Shown one piece after another: positions 9,776 through 13,043 of a stretch of DNA of 13,043 nucleotides (position 1 is its first letter; every line of letters begins with the position of its first letter). The translations under genes and the position numbers were made by a program. This stretch comes from Trichoplax adhaerens (taxonomy: Eukaryota; Animalia; Placozoa): contig NW_002060975.1 of assembly GCF_000150275.1 (NCBI RefSeq), positions 33,442 through 46,484 of the forward strand, written 5' to 3'. The notes under the pieces were generated by a model, which saw only the letters and a list, made by a program, of their open reading frames with translations, ran no database searches and had not been told where the DNA came from.

Positions 9776-10206
9776 CATTATGTTTAAGATGATAAGTTTA
9801 CAATCTAATCTGTCATAAATAAGATCGATTTGTGAGTAATTCTAAATTCGAAATCACTGCATTTGCTTCGTATCAGACCCACATTACTAAAAATTAAGTG
9901 GAGTATGATATTTGAATTTTAGGATAGTGGGTAGAAGAATATAGATTAGGTTATTGCAGTTGTATCGTCTGCCAAAGTAACAAAATATGTATTTACAACT
10001 GAAAATAATCGCAGTCAACTCACCTCCCAAGTTCAAGCATTATTCTCTAGAAGTAAATCTCTTAATAAACGATACACCTAACTGCGATTTAAGAAAACAC
10101 TAATTTGCAAAAATCTAGAGTATAATCGTGTTAACTATGTAGTCCTTTTTATTATGATACGCGTACACGTATCATTTATTATCCATCAATCTAATCTAAA
10201 TGAAGC

Positions 10207-10621
10207 AATTTCCGGTTTGTGAAGTGAAACGCTTTAGCCATATGTTTACTCACATTTAGTACGTATATTTAACTCGTACAATGTAATTAACCATTAGCAG
10301 ATTTATTTCTTCATTTATCCCCATTTATTTCCTAAAGAGATAATGTAAGTCAACGAGAATATAGGTACCTATCCATGTGCTTACAACTTCACAAAATGAT
10401 ACTAATCATATTCGCTGAAACTGACGGACTATACAGTCTAAGCTCCTAATGATTCTTTATAAGCCGTTAAAAGTAAATTGTCTGTAAGCTATTTAAAGAT
10501 CAAAGAGATAAAATATCAGCAAGAACAAGTAATTTTTATCTCTGTGTTTCAGATAGTGAGTTTGCAATTTAATTTATTTACGCTAACACATTAGCTCCAT
10601 TTTTGGATGTCTTTACGCTTG
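10207..10621 (+). repeat. Direct repeat copy B, truncated by the N gap
   Basis: Matches 2-415, from aatttccggtttgtgaagtgaaac to ggatgtctttacgcttg, then runs into Ns. Confidence 0.97.
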
Positions 10622-10966
10622 NNNNNNNNNNNNNNNNNNNNNNNNNNNNNNNNNNNNNNNNNNNNNNNNNNNNNNNNNNNNNNNNNNNNNNNNNNNNNNN
10701 NNNNNNNNNNNNNNNNNNNNNNNNNNNNNNNNNNNNNNNNNNNNNNNNNNNNNNNNNNNNNNNNNNNNNNNNNNNNNNNNNNNNNNNNNNNNNNNNNNNN
10801 NNNNNNNNNNNNNNNNNNNNNNNNNNNNNNNNNNNNNNNNNNNNNNNNNNNNNNNNNNNNNNNNNNNNNNNNNNNNNNNNNNNNNNNNNNNNNNNNNNNN
10901 NNNNNNNNNNNNNNNNNNNNNNNNNNNNNNNNNNNNNNNNNNNNNNNNNNNNNNNNNNNNNNNNNN
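10622..10966. other. Assembly gap (345 N)
   Basis: Run of N. ORFs spanning it are artefacts. Confidence 1.
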
Positions 10967-11421
10967 GACATGCTCTCCGGATATACAAGACTTTTCAGGC
11001 GCAATAACCTTAATAGATACACTAGGAAGATAAATATTGAAATGCTGAATGTAAGGGCCGTATCCGTAATGCATACGTTTATGCGACTATGTCATGAATT
11101 ATAAGAGTAGAATCAATAGCATCTATTATGGTGTAGAACTAGCAGATTTATGCACTGACTAATTTGGATGATGATTGCTACTTGATTATTAACAGAGAAA
11201 TAGTGCGGATTTCTGATCATCATTTTCAAATCACAAATATCAATTTTATCTTATTTCAACAAATAAGAATTAATTGATTTCATCATCCTTCAGATACGGA
11301 ACGCAAGGGCGCTTACTCTATTTATACTGCAGTGCCTTATCTTTGGGTGTCCGTTTTATATATATCGCTTGCTTTTACCTGCTAAAATTGTTATTATCAA
11401 GGTACTTATCATTAGTTTATA

Positions 11422-11445
11422 TTTTTTTTTTGGGGGGGGGGGGGG
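11422..11445 (+). repeat. T10-G14 homopolymer junction
   Basis: Seen directly. Confidence 0.9.
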
Positions 11446-11678
11446 AGGAAATAGGTTAACGGAAAAGTAGCACTTTAGTTATTGTCCGCTATTTGTAGTA
11501 AGTCAAGTTAAAAGGGTATAATATAAGCGATCAGATCGATTTGAGTGCACAATAAAGTCGTTGTAAGATGTAAACCATCAACGAAATAGACTCAAATAGA
11601 TCATAAAATCACTAGTGGAATGAATGTTAAAGAGAAGATATAGTCTAAAACTTCAAATCTCGGACACTATTATCATAC

Positions 11679-11720
11679 CTGCTTCAATGGATTGTAGTTT
11701 GACGTTAAAATTTATGACGC
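11679..11720 (-). other. Candidate 42-nt phase 1-1 microexon (GVINFNVKLQSIEA)
   Basis: attacag| ... GCAG|gtatga; open frame; length is a multiple of 3. Confidence 0.5.
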
Positions 11721-11817
11721 CTGTAATATTTCTGATACGTGCCAGGGAGATTAGTAAATAAGATAACGGTGATATAGCTCCGTTTGCCAGATATTTTTAA
11801 GAGTTAATTTGTTCTAC

Positions 11818-11853
11818 CTGAAGCGGCCGTAGGATAGTTAACAGCTTTTATAT
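11818..11853 (-). other. Candidate 36-nt phase 1-1 microexon (DIKAVNYPTAAS)
   Basis: attgcgtag| ... TCAG|gtagaa; open frame; a 97-nt intron separates it from the next candidate exon. Confidence 0.45.
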
Positions 11854-12190
11854 CTACGCAATACGATACAAACTAATGACTCATGTACGCTAATACGATT
11901 GGCTAAAGCATCTACAATCACGTGTTATATATACGTTACAACGCCCGCCAATTTTAATGGCAGCAGCCATTCTTGATTATCTTCATTATGTATAATTATA
12001 AATTCACCGATCTTACCAGTTGTTCCTTTTTATTTTTGACTAGTCAATCTACAGAACTATAAATTGCAAGCGTAGTAGATAATTTTATTGTCTGATTTTC
12101 ACGTTAAGATAAATTATTTCTTGTATCACTTCACTAATTTATGATATTGCATGAGCATAAATAAGTAATAGACTGTATTAAGTATTATAC

Positions 12191-12660
12191 CTACATTTTA
12201 GCCAGAAAAAAATCGACGATCTTCAATGTATCGTTATGGTGATAATCATTTAAAATTAACTTTATCGATGCATAGTATAATTATGATCAAAACAGCAAAC
12301 TGCTTAATCGCCTGTTTCCGTTATCCGTTCACCTGTTTCCGTTATCTAAGCCGATTATTATTCATGCCAGTTCATTAAAACTGACTTGTGTATCTCTCAA
12401 TTAATATGATCCAAAAATTATCTAGTCAAGTTTCACACATCAAGGATAATTACTTTCAGTTTTCTACCGTCGTTATTTTAAAACAAGAACATCAACCGTC
12501 GATGGCTTAGGTTTTGTATATTTATTATTACGAATCTTTATAATTTCTTCGCCCTTTACCGCATTTAAGTTTGCTCACATCGCCTTATTGCAATATACAT
12601 CTGCATGATCTATTTCAGCTATAAATAGCCTGAAGGATCTTTCCCTAATTATGACATAAT
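12191..12660 (-). pseudogene. Heavily decayed protein kinase (subdomains I-VII)
   Basis: Allowing frameshifts, motifs occur in the canonical order: LGK(G)SF..IY (Gly loop, ~12648), YIAIRR (VAIK-like), NLSHRRL, DNFWIILIERY (hinge), DHNYTMHR (HRD-like, ~12270), NDTLKIVDFFLAKM (DFG-like, 12235-12194). Many stops. Confidence 0.6.
12311..12346. repeat. Tandem duplication cctgtttccgttatc x2 (21-bp period)
   Basis: Copies at 12311-12325 and 12332-12346, inside the kinase remnant. Confidence 0.9.
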
Positions 12661-13043
12661 AAACTATACAGGCACTCTAATACAACATAGGATACATCAG
12701 CTATCTCAGGCTCTATCGAGTATCATTGTTACAAAAGACTTATAACAGAAGCCACTGAACTAAACCCAGAAATCTAGGTTAAACACACTGCAATGCTGTA
12801 GAGACTAGAGACTAGTCTTCAACCAGCTAATGATACCCGCAGTCGTCGTACATTACATTACTGAATTGCTGAAAGGGTTGCATTAATTTAGTATCCGTTT
12901 TTCTAAGTTCGTATGAGGCAATAAGATGGTATCTAGTACTATTTACAAGAAATATCTCATGTTAATGAGCAGAAATGGAATAGAGTCTAAGTTTATTTCG
13001 ATTGCTAGCCTGCGCCATCAATTTTTCTGCTTTACTTTTTAGT

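Noticed and set aside
2-10621. LTR retrotransposon bounded by the 415-bp repeats
   Set aside because: No gag/RT/integrase remnants, no visible TG...CA ends, PBS or TSD. The interior holds host-like genes, and both repeat ends are cut off by the window edge or the gap.
10578-11104. Five ORFs across the N gap
   Set aside because: Artefacts of untranslatable Ns.
11274-11459. 61-aa plus-strand ORF
   Set aside because: Non-ATG start, low complexity, and ends in the homopolymer tract.

Overview
AT-rich, intron-containing animal-type genomic DNA with two scaffold gaps. The short introns and composition suggest a placozoan or similar invertebrate, but this is unproven. Every recognisable coding element is on the minus strand. 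The centrepiece is a spliced gene of about 520-540 codons (8933 to ~5200) that the ORF track breaks into three pieces. It has an unannotated helical N-terminal domain with a small-residue hydrophobic stretch followed by a basic cluster, a coiled coil containing nine 21-bp heptad repeats, and phase 1-1 linker exons. One in-frame TAG can be read as a premature stop, as readthrough, or as part of a 57-nt intron. Around it lie decayed genes: an intrinsic-factor/transcobalamin-family B12-binder pseudogene, a possible F-box/beta-propeller-like pseudogene with a partial duplicate, and a protein-kinase remnant followed by clean microexons. A ~415-bp direct repeat (~96% identical) recurs 10.2 kb apart, suggesting a tandemly duplicating gene birth-and-death locus. 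No RNA genes, CRISPR arrays or autonomous mobile elements were recognised.
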